From contig NC_090404.1 in the NCBI RefSeq assembly GCF_036365525.1, positions 4,774,001 through 4,838,000 on the forward strand: a stretch of DNA of 64,000 bases, written 5' to 3'. Of the stretch, positions 51,633-64,000 are shown one piece after another (positions within the stretch are counted from its first letter, which is position 1; the number at the start of each line of letters is the position of its first letter). A model generated the notes under the pieces. It had not been told where the DNA came from. It made no database searches and saw only the letters and a program-made list of their open reading frames with translations. Source of the stretch: Heterodontus francisci (taxonomy: Eukaryota). The translations under genes and the position numbers were made by a program.

Positions 51633-54239
51633 ACGGTTTCCCATGATATTTCCTGAATCTGTAACTCTGCAATGCAGGAGAATCTCTGACGGAGCAGAAA
51701 TACAAATCCCACTCCCCCTCCACTGCTGATCCAACCAATGACAAGAATGGACCCGCGGCAGCACTCCCTCCAATAACACAATCGGGTCAGAGCAAGAGCA
51801 GCAAATGGAAGTTGTGGGCGAGGATGCTGCAGACTCAAAATTTGAGTGAAGTGTGAGGCGACACTCTGCTGCACTCGGAACTGATTGAGCGGGAATAGTG
51901 TCTGTTGAATCTCCAGAATTCAGTGGCTATTCTCCACCTGCTTACTGTTCAGTTGACTGGGAAATTTAGAGTGGAAGGAGAATGAAGGTACCAGAATAAG
52001 AGAATCTGAGAGCACAGAGTGAGGCCATTCGGCCTATACTCCCGATGCCTCTTTGGAAGAGTTCACTAATTCATACCTCACCCCCTACATTTTTCGCATT
52101 GTCCTGTTTTGTTGTTCATTTTCAAGTATTTTAGAATTCCCTTTCGAAAATTGCTGTTCAATCTGCTTCCACCACCCTTTCAAGCAGTACATTCCAAATC
52201 TTAACAAATCACCGTGTATTAAATATAACTCAATTTTCCCTGTCATTTTTCAACAACTATTTTAAATTGGAGGCCTTGGGATACACAATTTTATGCCAGT
52301 GGAAACAGTTACGTGCAATCTACTCTATACTGATATATGGAGAACAATCCCAGCTTTCTCTCGTCCCTCTGCATAAAAGTTCATCATTTTACTTATTCTT
52401 TAATCGGAGGTGGGCATCTCTGGTGAGGTCAGTATTTAATACTTGTCTCTACTTGCCTTTAATAAGGTGGCGGTGAGCTGCCTTCTTGAACTACCGCAGT
52501 CCTGGGGGTGCAGGTTCACCCACAGTGCTATTAGGAAGTGAGCTCCAGGATTTTGATCCAGCAACAGTGAAGGAACGGCATTTTAGTTTCAAGTCAGGAT
52601 GGTGTGTGGTTTGGAGGGGAACTTTCAGCTGCTAGCGTTCCTATGTATCTATCGTCCTTGTCCTTCCAGGTGTTAAAGATCACGGGAATGGAAGGTACTG
52701 TCCAAGGCGTCTTGGTGCGTTGCTGCAGTGCATCTTGTAGATGGTACACACTGCTGCTACTGTGTATGGGTGGTGGAGTGAGTGAATGCTGAAGGTTGTG
52801 GATGTGGTGCCGATCAAGCGGGCTGCATTCTCCTGGATGGTGTGGAGCTTCCTGACTGTTGTTGGAGCTGCACGTCTATAGGCAAATGGAGGGTATTCCA
52901 TCACACTCCTGACTTATGCATGTAGGCGGTGGACAGGCTTTGTGGAGACAGTAAGTTAGTCACTCGCCGCAGAATTCCTAGCCTCTGACCTGCTCTAGTA
53001 GCCATAGTACTTTTATGGCTGGTCCAATTCAGTTTCTGGTCAATGATAACCTGCAGAATTAGGTACGTGGGGGATTCAGCAATGGCAATGGTATTGTACA
53101 TCAAGGGAAGATGGTTCGATTCTCTTTTGTTTGAGATGGTCATTGCCTGGCACCTGCTTTGTGTGAAGTTTACCTGCCACTTATCAGCCCAAGCCTGGAT
53201 GTTGTCCATGTCTTGCTGCATCTGGATACGGACTGCCACAAATGGTGCTGAACATGGTGCAATCCTCAGCGAATATACCAATTCTGACCTTATTATTGAT
53301 GGAAGGTCATTGACGAAGCAGCTGAGGATGGTCTTTCCTAGGACACTACCCTGAGGAACTCATGCAGTGATGTCCTGGGACTGAGATGATTGACCTCCAA
53401 CAACCACAACCATCTTCATTTGTCCAGGTATGACTCCAACCAGCGGAAATGTTCCCCCTTGATTCTCATGGGCACCCGTTTTGCTCAGGCTCCTTGATGC
53501 TATACTCCTGCTACCATTTTGGTTTACTTCCTCTGCACTCGCTTCAATGTCTTGAGATTCTTTTTCAATAGTGGGGACAGCTGTTAAGCAAACAGGCATA
53601 TAATTTCCTGTAGTCTGTCACACCCCTTTTTGCGAGTTTTCAATCCTCTCGGAGGTTTCCAGAATCTAGGGTATTTTGGGAGATTGCAACCAATACATCC
53701 ACTATCTCTACAGTGACTTCTTTTAAAGGGAGATGGAATGGAGCAAGGTGAGGGGATCCCTCGGCTGGTGTTCAGTGAGTTCAGGAAGATGGTATCAGAG
53801 GGAATGGAGCAGGGAGAGAAGATTCCTGGGGTGATCTTCAGTGAGTTCAAGGAGATGGTGTAAGAGGGAATAGAGCAGAACAAAGAGGAAGTTCATCTGA
53901 GGCGGCGGGGGGGGCGGGGCGGGGGTGCGGGGGTGTTGCGGAGGGCAAAGAACGAGGTATAGTAGAAATGATGGAGGCAGTGATTCAACATGTGCATAAC
54001 AGAAAAGTGGACACTGTGTGTGTATCTGACAGAACAGGTGGACAGTGTGGTTTGTGTATATAACAGTAAATTTGAAGTTAGAGTCGATGTGTCAGATAGG
54101 CCTCAGAATCCGGGGCTCATTCCTACCGTTTGTCCTCACTCTTGTGTCTACCAGATCCCAGGCTCTGGGAGTCATCCCAGCAAATAACTTGATTAAAATT
54201 CATTGAAACCCTAATTAACTAATTAATTAATAAATAGAG

Positions 54240-57200
54240 GTGCAACTACACCGAAGGGACGAGATTACTGCATTTAATATTTATAGTAGAAATCTAGCGC
54301 TCGGGACCATATAGTTAATTGTAACTTTATTTAGTAAGGATTTAATAAGTATTTCTTTTAAATTAATTTATTAATTAGTGCTAGAAATGTCTGTTAGAGG
54401 GGTAAAGTGCTTCACCTGTGAGATGTGGGAGGTCCGTGACACTTGCAGCATTGCGGACAACGTCATCTGCAAGAAGTGTACCCAATTGCAGCTCGTCACA
54501 GACCGCATGGATCGGTTGGAGCAGCAATTGGATGCGCTTAGGAGCGTGCAAGTGGTGGATAACATCATAGACAGGAATTTTAGAGACGTGGGTACACCCA
54601 AGGTGCAGGCAGATGGATGGGTGACCGCTAGAAGGGGCAGGCAGTTAGTGCAGGAATCCACTGTGGCTGTCCACCTCTCTAACAAGTATACCGTTTTGGA
54701 TACTGTTGGGAGGGATGGCCAATCAGGGGAAAACAACAGCAGCAGCCACAGCAGTGGCACCACGGCTGGTACTGTTGTTCAACAGGGAGAGACAAAGCGC
54801 AGAACAGCATTAATTCTTGGGTACTCTATAGTCAGGGGCACAGATAGGCGCTTCTGAGGACGTGAAAGAGACTCTCAGATCGTATACTGCCTTCCTGGTG
54901 CCAGGGTCAAGGATGTCTCTGAACGGGCAGGGGGCATTCTGAAGGGGAGGGTGAACAGCCAGAGTTTGTGGTACACATTGGTACCAACGACATAGGCAGG
55001 AAGAGTGACGGGGTTCTGCAGGAGGAATTCCGAGAGTTAGGTAGTAAGTTAAAAAACAGGACCTCTAGGGTTGTAATCTCGGGATTACTCCCTGTGCCAC
55101 GTGCCAGTGAGGCTAGAAATAAGAAGATAGTGCAGCTGAACACGTGGCTAAACAGCTGGTGGAGGAGGGAGGGTTTCAGATATCTGGATCATTGGGATCT
55201 CTTCCGGGGCAGGTGGGACCTGTACAAGAAGGACGGGTTGCATCTAAACTGGAGGGGCACAAATGTCCTGGCCGCGACTTTTGCTAGCGTCACTCGGGAG
55301 GGTTTAAACTAGTGTGGCAGGAGGGGTGGGAACAAGAGCAGTTGGTCAGCAGGTGAAACAACTGAGGGGGAACTAGTAAATAAGGCCAGTAAGACTGAGA
55401 GGAAGAGCAGGCAGGGAGATGTTGCTGAGCACAGCGGGACTGGTGGTCTGAAGTGCATTTGTTTCAATGCGAGAAGTATAACAGGTAAGGCAGATGAAAT
55501 TAAAGCTTGGATTAGTACTTGATGTTGTTGCTATTACAGAGATTTGGTTGAGGTAAGGGCAGGATTGGCAGCTAAATGTTCCAGGATTTAGAAGCTTCAG
55601 GCGGGATAGAGGGGGGTGTAAACGGGGTGGGGGAGTTGCATTACTGGTGAAGGAGGATATCACAGCTGAATATGTTACAGCATAATATAGACAGATTGGA
55701 GAGTTGGGCAGAGAAATGGCAGATGGAGTTCAATCAGGGCAAATGCGAGGTGATGCATTTTGGAAGATCCAATTCAACAGTGAACTATACAGTGAATGGA
55801 AAAGTCCTGGGGAAAATTGATGTCCAGAGAGATTTGGATGTTCAGGTCCATTGTTCCCTGAAGATGGCAACGCAGGTAAATAGAGTGGTCAAGAAGGCAT
55901 ACGGCATGCTTTCCTTCATCGGACGGGGTATTGAGTACAAGAGTTGGCAGGTCATGTTACAGTTGTATAGGACTTTGGTTCGGCCACATTTGGAATACTG
56001 CGTACAGTTCTGGTCGCCACATTACCAAAATGATGTGGATGCTTTGGAGAGGGTGCAGAGGAGGTTCACCAGGATGTTGCCTGGTATGGAGGGCGCTAGC
56101 TATGAAGAGAGGTTGAGTAGATTAGGATTATTTTCATTAGAAAGACGGAGGTTGAGGGGGGACCTGATTGAGGTGTACAAAATCATGACATGGGGGATAG
56201 CAAGAAGCTTTTTCCCAGAGTGGGGGATTCAATTACTAGGGGTCATGAGTTCAAAGTGAGAGGGGAAAAGTTTAGGGGGGATATGCGTGGAAAGTTCTTT
56301 ACGCAGAGGGTGGTGGGTGCCTGGAACGCGTTGCCAGCGGAGGTGGTAGACGCGGGCATGATAGCATCTTTTAAGATGTATCTAGACAGATACATGAATG
56401 GGCAGGAAGCAAAGAGATACAGACCCTTAGAAAATAGGCGACATGTTTAGATAGAGGATCTGGATCGGCGCAGGCTTGGAGGGCCGAAGGGCCTGTTCCT
56501 GTGCTGTAATTATCTTTGTTCTTTGTTCTTTGTTCCTTGTACTGCGGGAGGATACCTCGGAAATACCTCGGCAGCGAGGCAATATGCAGAGCTCAGGAAT
56601 AGGACGGGTGCAGTCGCAATGTTGGGGGTTTACTACAGGCCTCCCAACAGCCAGCGGGAGAGAGAGAAACATATATGTAGATAGATTTTGGAAAGATGTA
56701 AAAGCAACAGGTTTGTTGTGGTCGGTAATTTAAACTTCCCCTAGATTGACTGGGACTCAATTAGTGCTAGGGGCTTGGATGGGGCAGAATTTGGAAGGAG
56801 CATCCAGGGGGGCTTCTTGAAACAATGTGTAGATTGTCCAACTAGGGAAGGGGCCGTACTGTACCTGGTATTGGGGAATGAGCCCAGCCAGGTGGTCGAT
56901 GTTTCTGTAAGGGAGCATTTCCGGAACGGTAGCCATAATTCCGTAAGTTTTAAGGTACTTGTGGATAAGGATAAGAGTAGTCCTCCGGTGAAGGTGCTAA
57001 ATTGGAGGAAGGCTAATTATAACAATATTAGGCAGGAACTGAAGAATTTAGATTGGGGGCGGCTGTTTGAGGGTCAATCAACATCTGACATGTGGGAGTC
57101 TTTCAAACGTCAGTTGATTAGAATCCAGGACCAGCATGTTCCTGTGAGGATGAAAGATAAGTTAGGCAAGTTTCGGGTACCTTGGATAACGAGGGATATT

Positions 57201-59110
57201 GTGAGCCTAGTGAAAAAGTAAAAGGAAGCATTCGTAAGGGCGAGAAGGCTGGGAACATACGAAGCCCTTGAGGAATATAACGAAAGTAGAAAGCAACTTA
57301 AGCAAGGAGTCAGGAGGGTTAAAAGCGGTCATGAAAAGTCTTTGACAAACAGGATTAAGGAGAAACCCAAGGCTTTATATACGTATATAAAGAACAAGAG
57401 GGTACCCAGGGTAAGGGTTGGCCCACTCAAGGACAGAGAAGGAAATCTGTGCGTGGAGCCTGAGGAAGTGTGCGAGGTACTAAATGAGTACTTTGTATCA
57501 GTATTCACCCAAGAGAAGGACTTGGTGGATGATGAGTTCAGGGAAGGGAGTGTAGATTGTCTGGGTCATGTCGATATCAAAAATGAGGTGTTGGGTGTCT
57601 TGAAAAACATTAAGATAGAGATGTCCCCAGGGCCTGATGGGATCTACAGCAGAATACTGAGGGAGGCAAAGGAGGAAATTTCTGGAGCCTTGACAGAAAT
57701 CTTTGTATTCTCATTGGCTACAGGTGAGATCCCAGAGGACAGGAAAATAGCCAATGTTGTTCCTTTGTTTAAGAAGGGTGGTAAGGATAATCCAGGAAAT
57801 TAGAGGCCGGTGAGCCTTACGTCAGTGTTAGGGAAATTATAAGAGAGGATTCTTCGGGACAGAATTTATTCCCATTTGGAAACAAATGGACTTATTAGCG
57901 AGAGGCAGCATGGCTTTGTGAAAGAGAGGTCGTGTCTCACTAACTTGATCGTGTTGTTTGAGGAAGTGACGAAGATGATTGATGAAGGAAGGGCAGTGGA
58001 AGTTGTCTACATGGACTTCAGTAAAGTCTTTGACAAGGTCCTTCATGGCAGATTGGTACAAAAGGTGAAGTTACACGGGATCAGAGGTGAGCTGGCAAGA
58101 TGGATGCAGAACTGGCTCGGTCATAGAAGACAGAGGGTAGCAGTGGAAGGGTGCTTTTCTGAATGGAGGACTGTGACTAATGGTGTTTTGCAGGGATCAG
58201 TGCTGGGACCTTTGCTGTTTGCAGTATATGTAAATGATTTGGGGGGAAATGTAGCAGGTCTGATTAGTAAGTTTGCGGACGACGCAAAGGTTGGTGGAGT
58301 TGAGAATAGTGATGAGGATTGTCAGAGGATGCAGCAGGATATAGATTGGTTGGAGACATAGGCAGAGAAATGGCAGTTGGAGTTTAATCCAGACAAATGT
58401 GAGGTAATGCATTTTGGAAGGTCTAATACAAGTGGGAAGTATACAGTAATGGCAGAACCCTTAGGAGTATTGAGAGGCAGAGAGATCTGGGCGAACAGGT
58501 CCAAAGATCACTGAAAGTGGCAACGCAGGTGGATAAGGTAGTCAAGAAGGCATATGGCATGCTTGCCTTCATCGGTTGGGGCATAGAGTATAAAAATTGG
58601 CAAGTTATGCTGCAGCTGTACAGACCCTCAGTTAGGCCACACTTGGAATATTGCATACAGTTCTGGTCGCCATACCACCAGAAGCATGTGGAGGCTTTGG
58701 AGAGGGTACAGAAGAGGTTTACCAGGATGTTGCCTGGTCAGGAGGGTATTAGCTACCAGGAGAGGTTGGATAAACTCGAATTGTTTTCACTGGAACGACG
58801 GAGGTGGAGGGGTGACATGATAGAGGTTTACAAAGTTATGAATTGCATGGACAGAGTGCTTAGTCGGAAGGTTTTTCCCAGGGTGGAAGAGTCAGTTACT
58901 AGACGACATAGGTTTAAGGTGCGAGGGGCAAAGTTTAAAGGGGATGTGCGAGGCAAGTTCTTTACACAGAGGGTGGTGAGTGCCTGGAACCTGCTGCCGG
59001 GGGAGGTGGTGGAAGCAGGTACGATAGTGACATTTAAGAGGCATCTTGACAAATGCACGAATAGGATGGGAATAGAGGGATACGGTCCCCGGATGTGCAG
59101 AAGGTTTTAG
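54240..59110 (+). mobile_element. Near-full-length CR1 LINE (ORF1 Zn-finger/esterase, ORF2 EN-RT) with a nested young CR1 fragment (55670-56539)
   Basis: CxxC..CxxC, HIGTNDIG, DGLHLN, CICFNARS, KFADD; stops and frameshifts. Confidence 0.92.
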
Positions 59111-59392
59111 TTTTGACAGGCATTGTTCATTTTTCTTTGAATTGTGCATCCTTGTTTGTCTAATAGGCTTCAGGATTAGGAAGTCATTCCCAGGGGTTGT
59201 CCTCTCTGATGTATTAGATAGTCCCTTGGATGTGGGCTCATTCATCGGGTTTTTGCTTCCTGTAGTGGCAGATGGACCCCAGGATCTTGGAATAATTCCC
59301 AGCATTTATTCTTAATGGTCTATCGTTCCAGATATTCATTAGTCTTGAGGAATCATTCCCAGCGTTTATTGTCTCTCATGTCTGTGTTATAT

Positions 59393-59572
59393 TTCTAACC
59401 TGGTCTGTGCCTGCCCTGGGAGCGTTTGCTGGTGCAGTGCAAAGGGAGCTTTACTGTGTATCTAACCCGGGCTGTGCCTGCACTGAGAGTGTGTGTTGTC
59501 GCAGGGTGAAGGCAGCTGCACTCTGCATTATCCCGTGCACTACCTCTTCTGGGAGTGTTTGATGGACAGTAT
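59393..59572 (+). repeat. About 3 diverged copies of a ~65-bp satellite (TCTAACCC..CTGTGCCTGCCCTGGGAGTGTTTGATGG..)
   Basis: Tandem similarity visible. Confidence 0.6.
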
Positions 59573-60357
59573 TCTTTCATATACTATACTGTATCAGCCT
59601 GTGATGGAGCAGGACGCTGCTCTTTAATGCAACGTGGCACCTGACTGTGACAGACTATAAGATGGGAGGTGCTCCTCTTCGCTGTGCGGCCATTCTGTCC
59701 CTGGGCATTGGCATTTGGAGGCAGAAGGAAAGGTGTCTTTATTCTGATGGGCCACTGGATGGCGCAGCAGCACCATCACCGAAAGACTTTTGGTTCAAAC
59801 ACAAACCAGACAGGACTGGTGGAAAATACCTGTCAGGAAAAGGGAAAATGTGTAATCGGTTAAATGGAGTGCGTGAATGGGCCTTGGAGCAAGGATTTCA
59901 GCAAAGTCAAGTTAGTCCATTTGTTACTCAAGATTTATTAACAATTTCAAAAAAAACATTTTACAGTAACATTCTTAAAGGGTCTAAAGTGAATTTAACA
60001 CCTGTGAGTAACATTGAGGACAAAACACATGCGATCTGAGCTGTAGACTACTTCTAAAATTGTTACAGATCAGAGAGAAAACAGGGGCTCAACATAAAGC
60101 GGAGGAAACAGTTGCAAATAAGGAATAGTTATTTATTTACAGATTAAATTCAAACTACTGTGAAACTCGAAGGCGCATAGACATGATAGGTAAGATTATC
60201 TGACACAATTCAAAGAGAAAAACGGAAACAATGTTTATGATCTTCTCAGCTACAGATTCTGAACCATAAACTGACGGCAATTTACTTTTACAGTTTGTTT
60301 GATAATACAGAGATGTTAAAAAATAAGGAAAATCCAGGGCGGCCGAAATTCGATCGA

Positions 60358-60366
60358 TCACTTAAC
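60358..60366 (-). CDS. IGHM: IgM TM2 exon (VK*)
   Basis: TTTTACAG|GTT AAG TGA; AATAAA at 60137-60132. Confidence 0.93.
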   Translation of the reverse strand, partial: VK

Positions 60367-60498
60367 CTGTAAAAGAGGGATAAAAGAATGAAGCAGAGAT
60401 TTCGTGGTCTTGGACATTCATCTCAGAACTATGAAATTTTAGAGATTTGTTAAACAGCTTCATTTAATTTGAAATGTGAGTGGATTGAATATTCTCAC

Positions 60499-60626
60499 CT
60501 TCACCAGAGTGACGGCAGCGCTGTAGAAAATGCTCAGGAAGAACAGGATGATGAATGTGGAAGCGGTTGTCCAGATGTTGCCGCTCTCTTCCTCATTGTC
60601 TTCAATCCAGATGTGGCCTGTGTAAT
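60499..60626 (-). CDS. IGHM: IgM TM1 exon ([43 protein letters not shown])
   Basis: Conserved mu TM motif; phase-1 acceptor; GTGAG donor. Confidence 0.96.
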
Positions 60627-61189
60627 CTTCGGGTTTTTAGAGGAGAAATATATTTAGATCGTTCATTAATCCAGGATATAAGATTGTCAATTTGCACTCG
60701 CAGAGTTCTTCCTTAAGCCATTATTTTGCTCTCTAATTTAATTTTCAATTTGTATCTATTGTGAAGATAATCACTCTTAGCAATCTACCTCTGTTACTAA
60801 CCCCACAGCCATTCTTCCCATATGATCCTCGTCCAGGCCCTGTTGGAAAATATGATATTTCTTTCTTCAGGGTCAGGCGCTATTCTCGTCTGGATCAATC
60901 TTGTTCTATCATTCGGGATATCGATGGAATTTTACTGATCAATATCGATAGTTTTGAGATTTTCATTGGTGCTGGGTAAGAGATTGGATGCGAGTTCTAA
61001 TCTTGTTTATTTGTGATGGAAGTTGTTGGTCAATCATTAACTGACCTCAGTTTCTAAGTGAAAACTTTGCTTCACTGTGTTTGTAGGTCCAACATGTATG
61101 AGGGAATATGTTGGAGAAGGTGCCCATTCAAACAGTGCATTTGAATGCTACTTTCACATATCGCCTGGTGCTTTTGTTTGTACGCTTTA

Positions 61190-62110
61190 ATACATGTGTA
61201 TGTGTGCATAAGTATCTGTTACTTTGCATCACTCAGTGCGTGTCCATGGCTTGTGTGTGTGAGATTTAATGTATGTTTTAATGCGTTTCTTTGTGCACCC
61301 GCCTGTGAATGTATCAATGTGCGTATTTATATCTTGATGCCCGTGTGTTGTGTCCCTGTATGTCAGTATGTGCTTATGTGCCAATGTGTATCAATGTGTG
61401 TTTTCAAGTGGCCGCGTGTGTGTGTATGTGCATGTGCGTGTGTATAAAATATATCATCCTTAATGTTTTATCTTCATTCATCCATGTGTGTGCATGAGCA
61501 TGATAATGTTTGTTTTTGTGTGTGGTTTGGTCCCCATGCGTGCTTCATGTTGTGAGCTTTTGTGTTGACAGATGTCTTTATGTTTTCCTGTGTGTCAATG
61601 TGTGTTTATGTTTCCATGTGTGCGTATGAGTTTGTTATTGTTTCTTTTTGTGTGCTTCTGTCCCCATAAGTGTGATAATGCGTCTGCTTTTGTGTTGATG
61701 TCTACGTTTATGCATTAATATGTGTGATTATGTGTACATGTGTGCTAATGTGTGTGTTATGTGCATGTTTTTGCATCCATGTATGTGTCATAATGTTAAT
61801 GTTGGTGTCTATTTGTGTGTGAGTGATCGTGTTAATGTGTCTGTTTAAATGTTTGTGTGCAGATGTGTTTGTCTGTTAATGTGCGAGTATGTTTCCATCT
61901 AGCTGTGTTTATGTCTATGATAATGAAAGCTTTTCCGTCTATGTTTCTGTGTTTGTGAGACTGTACTAATGTGTACATTTATGTTTATTTTTGCGTGGGT
62001 GACTGTGAAGTGTTTATATCTGCGTTTGAGTCTGTTTGTGTGTGTAGGTGTAAGTGTGTGGTTGTGCATTTGAGTGTGTTTATGTGTGTGTTTTTGTCTG
62101 TGTGCCTGCG
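61190..62110. repeat. Degenerate TG-rich low-complexity tract in the Cmu4-TM intron
   Basis: Visible (TG)n-derived composition. Confidence 0.85.
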
Positions 62111-62273
62111 CATCTTTATTCTTGTTCAAAGTTTTACAGAGAATAAATAACCGGGTCTGACCCTGACGGTGTGCATTATGGAGAATATTCTTCACTGTTC
62201 TGTGTATAAATGTATTCTGTGCGAGATGTCATCTGACATCATCTGAATGACTGCAACAATGCAACTGATGGAT

Positions 62274-62442
62274 AAAAACAGAAGTTCTGGAAATACTCAG
62301 CAGGTCAGACAGCAGCTGTGGACAGAGAAGCAGAATTAACGTTTCAGGTCGGTGCCCTTTTCACACACCTGAAATGTTAACTCTGCTTCTCTCTCCACAG
62401 ATGCTGCCTGACCTGCTGAGTATTTAAGCATTTTCTGTTTTT
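62274..62442. mobile_element. Inverted pair of Penelope-type terminal repeats (~75-bp arms)
   Basis: 62274-62349 is the approximate reverse complement of 62367-62442. Confidence 0.75.
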
Positions 62443-63428
62443 ATTTCAGCTTTCCCCTGTCTGCAATATTTTGCTTTTATTTCCATGAAACTGATGGGCC
62501 TCAGAATCATCAGGAACAGGAGATGATTAAATCTTCAGCTAGATTTAGATGATTAGATTATTAGAATTTAACCGGGAGACCGTGAACGATATTACGTTAC
62601 ATAAATATATATTTTACAATGTGATTCCCATGTGGAAAGTTTAAAATCTTCGCACACTGCGCTCGAAGCCGACTTTGTACTGATGGCATTTGAGTCCATT
62701 TAATAGAGAGCAGGGGGACTGGGAGTATAAGGTTTACAAATGTCCTTGCCCCTTTTTCTGTTGGAGGAAATATGGGGAGGAGCAACAGTCAGTTCACAAT
62801 TCTCTTTACCGTCTGTCTGTTGCAGAAGTACCGTTGCAGTGGATTCACAAGTACCCTTTCCTCTTTGTTTGGGAAGTGGGGTACAGTGTTTTAGTAAATT
62901 CCTCTTCCCCCTCTTTCTGATGGGGGATTTTGGGAAGACTTCGTATTCGTGTGTGGCCATCACTTCAGTTCCCAGTGTGCATGATGCTGCAACTAAAAAC
63001 TGACCCTATTCTGAAGGGATGGCCAACACGAGAAGCAGGTACACCGAGATCTAAATGCACTGCGTATTTTTGTTGGTAAGGGGAAATGTCCAGATTCCCC
63101 ATCTCCTCCTCCCCGGCCCCCCACCCCTGTCCCCCTCTAATGCTCCCCACCGCCTCCCCCTCCTCCAACGGGAGGAAAGTTGCTGAAATTCTTCCACAGA
63201 ATCCAATAATGAATCAGGTTTACTCTGTGAATTAATATGTGCTGGAAACACTGGTTGGACAAGACTTGGGCCCGAGACCTGCAAATATCATGCTTTGATG
63301 AAAAGACCTACACTTAGCAAATGTGTGAAGCCCAATTCATTGAGCTGTTGTGTATTTAAATCGCGATTGGAAGAAAAGGTCTTTATTGTGTTTTTTTATT
63401 TAAGAATTGAAATGCAATCGAGAAATTC

Positions 63429-63823
63429 TCATTGACATGAATTAACGGTGTCCAACAGTGCAAGGGAAATGTTCACAAAACTCGGTTTACCGCTGGATTT
63501 ATTAACTGTTCTGTTGATGATCTTCAAGGGGATCGCTTCATGTCCCACCACACAGGAGTAAGAAGCGCCGCTGGCCCACTCCTCCGCTGCAATGGATAAC
63601 AGGCTGTAGATGAAGAAGGAGCTCTTGTCGTTCTCCGCCATCACCTCGGTGTTCTTGTAGTTGCCGGGATTCACCGACTTGTCATTGACAGTCCACTTGA
63701 CGAAGATCTCTCGGGGGGAGAAACCTCTCACTAAGCAGGTGAGGGAGAGGAACCTCTCTGCGGAGACTTCTTCTGCTGGGGGCAGGAGAACAGACACAGA
63801 CGGTTCCCGCAGATCTTTCCATG
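63429..63823 (-). CDS. IGHM: IgM Cmu4 exon plus secretory tailpiece of the neighbouring cluster
   Basis: [21 protein letters not shown]; internal donor G|GTAAA after 63491; tail [20 protein letters not shown] with NIS glycan site and penultimate Cys; two AATAAA at 63400-63395 and 63387-63382. Confidence 0.98.
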
Positions 63824-64000
63824 CTGAAAAATTAAAATAAATGTCAATAAACTAGACAATTTCAGAGACAATGACACCGGTGGTTAAATGTGAGAGAAAT
63901 TGTGAAGGTTTTCCTTTTCCTCTCTGGGGCCTGTGCTGTTTTCCAGCCGGCGCAGAGGCGCTGCAATCCTGCTCGCCGAGAACATAAAGGATTTGACTGG

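Noticed and set aside
51637-51900. Apparent NKp30-like peptide (QRFSCIAELQIQEI) and its homolog at 40030-40250
   Set aside because: Both blocks end exactly at a V-gene leader start, so they are better explained as promoter/5'UTR sequence; no open Ig frame.

Overview
Vertebrate (cartilaginous fish; V, D and C sequences are very horn-shark/Heterodontus-like) genomic DNA spanning the ~55.6 kb spacer between two head-to-tail IgM heavy-chain clusters, both on the minus strand. The left end holds an apparently intact L-VH-D1-D2-JH unit with RSSs (2955-4730). The right end holds the Cmu4/secretory exon and TM1/TM2 exons of the neighbouring cluster (60358-63823). Besides CR1 LINEs, SINEs, Penelope-like elements and satellites, the spacer contains two unexpected sets of relics. 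The first is an array of decayed T-cell-receptor alpha/delta-type V genes with leaders, promoters and 23-RSSs (39.5-51.8 kb); one V exon is intact except for a single stop, and no TCR D/J/C was found in the window. The second is at least six degenerate copies of a FAM187-like Ig-domain gene (7.6-29 kb). Smaller signals include strong CTCF motifs, a 36-bp-periodic CCAAT promoter array, hammerhead-ribozyme cores and a 166-nt structured inverted-repeat element. All homology calls were made by eye from manual translation; no searches were run.
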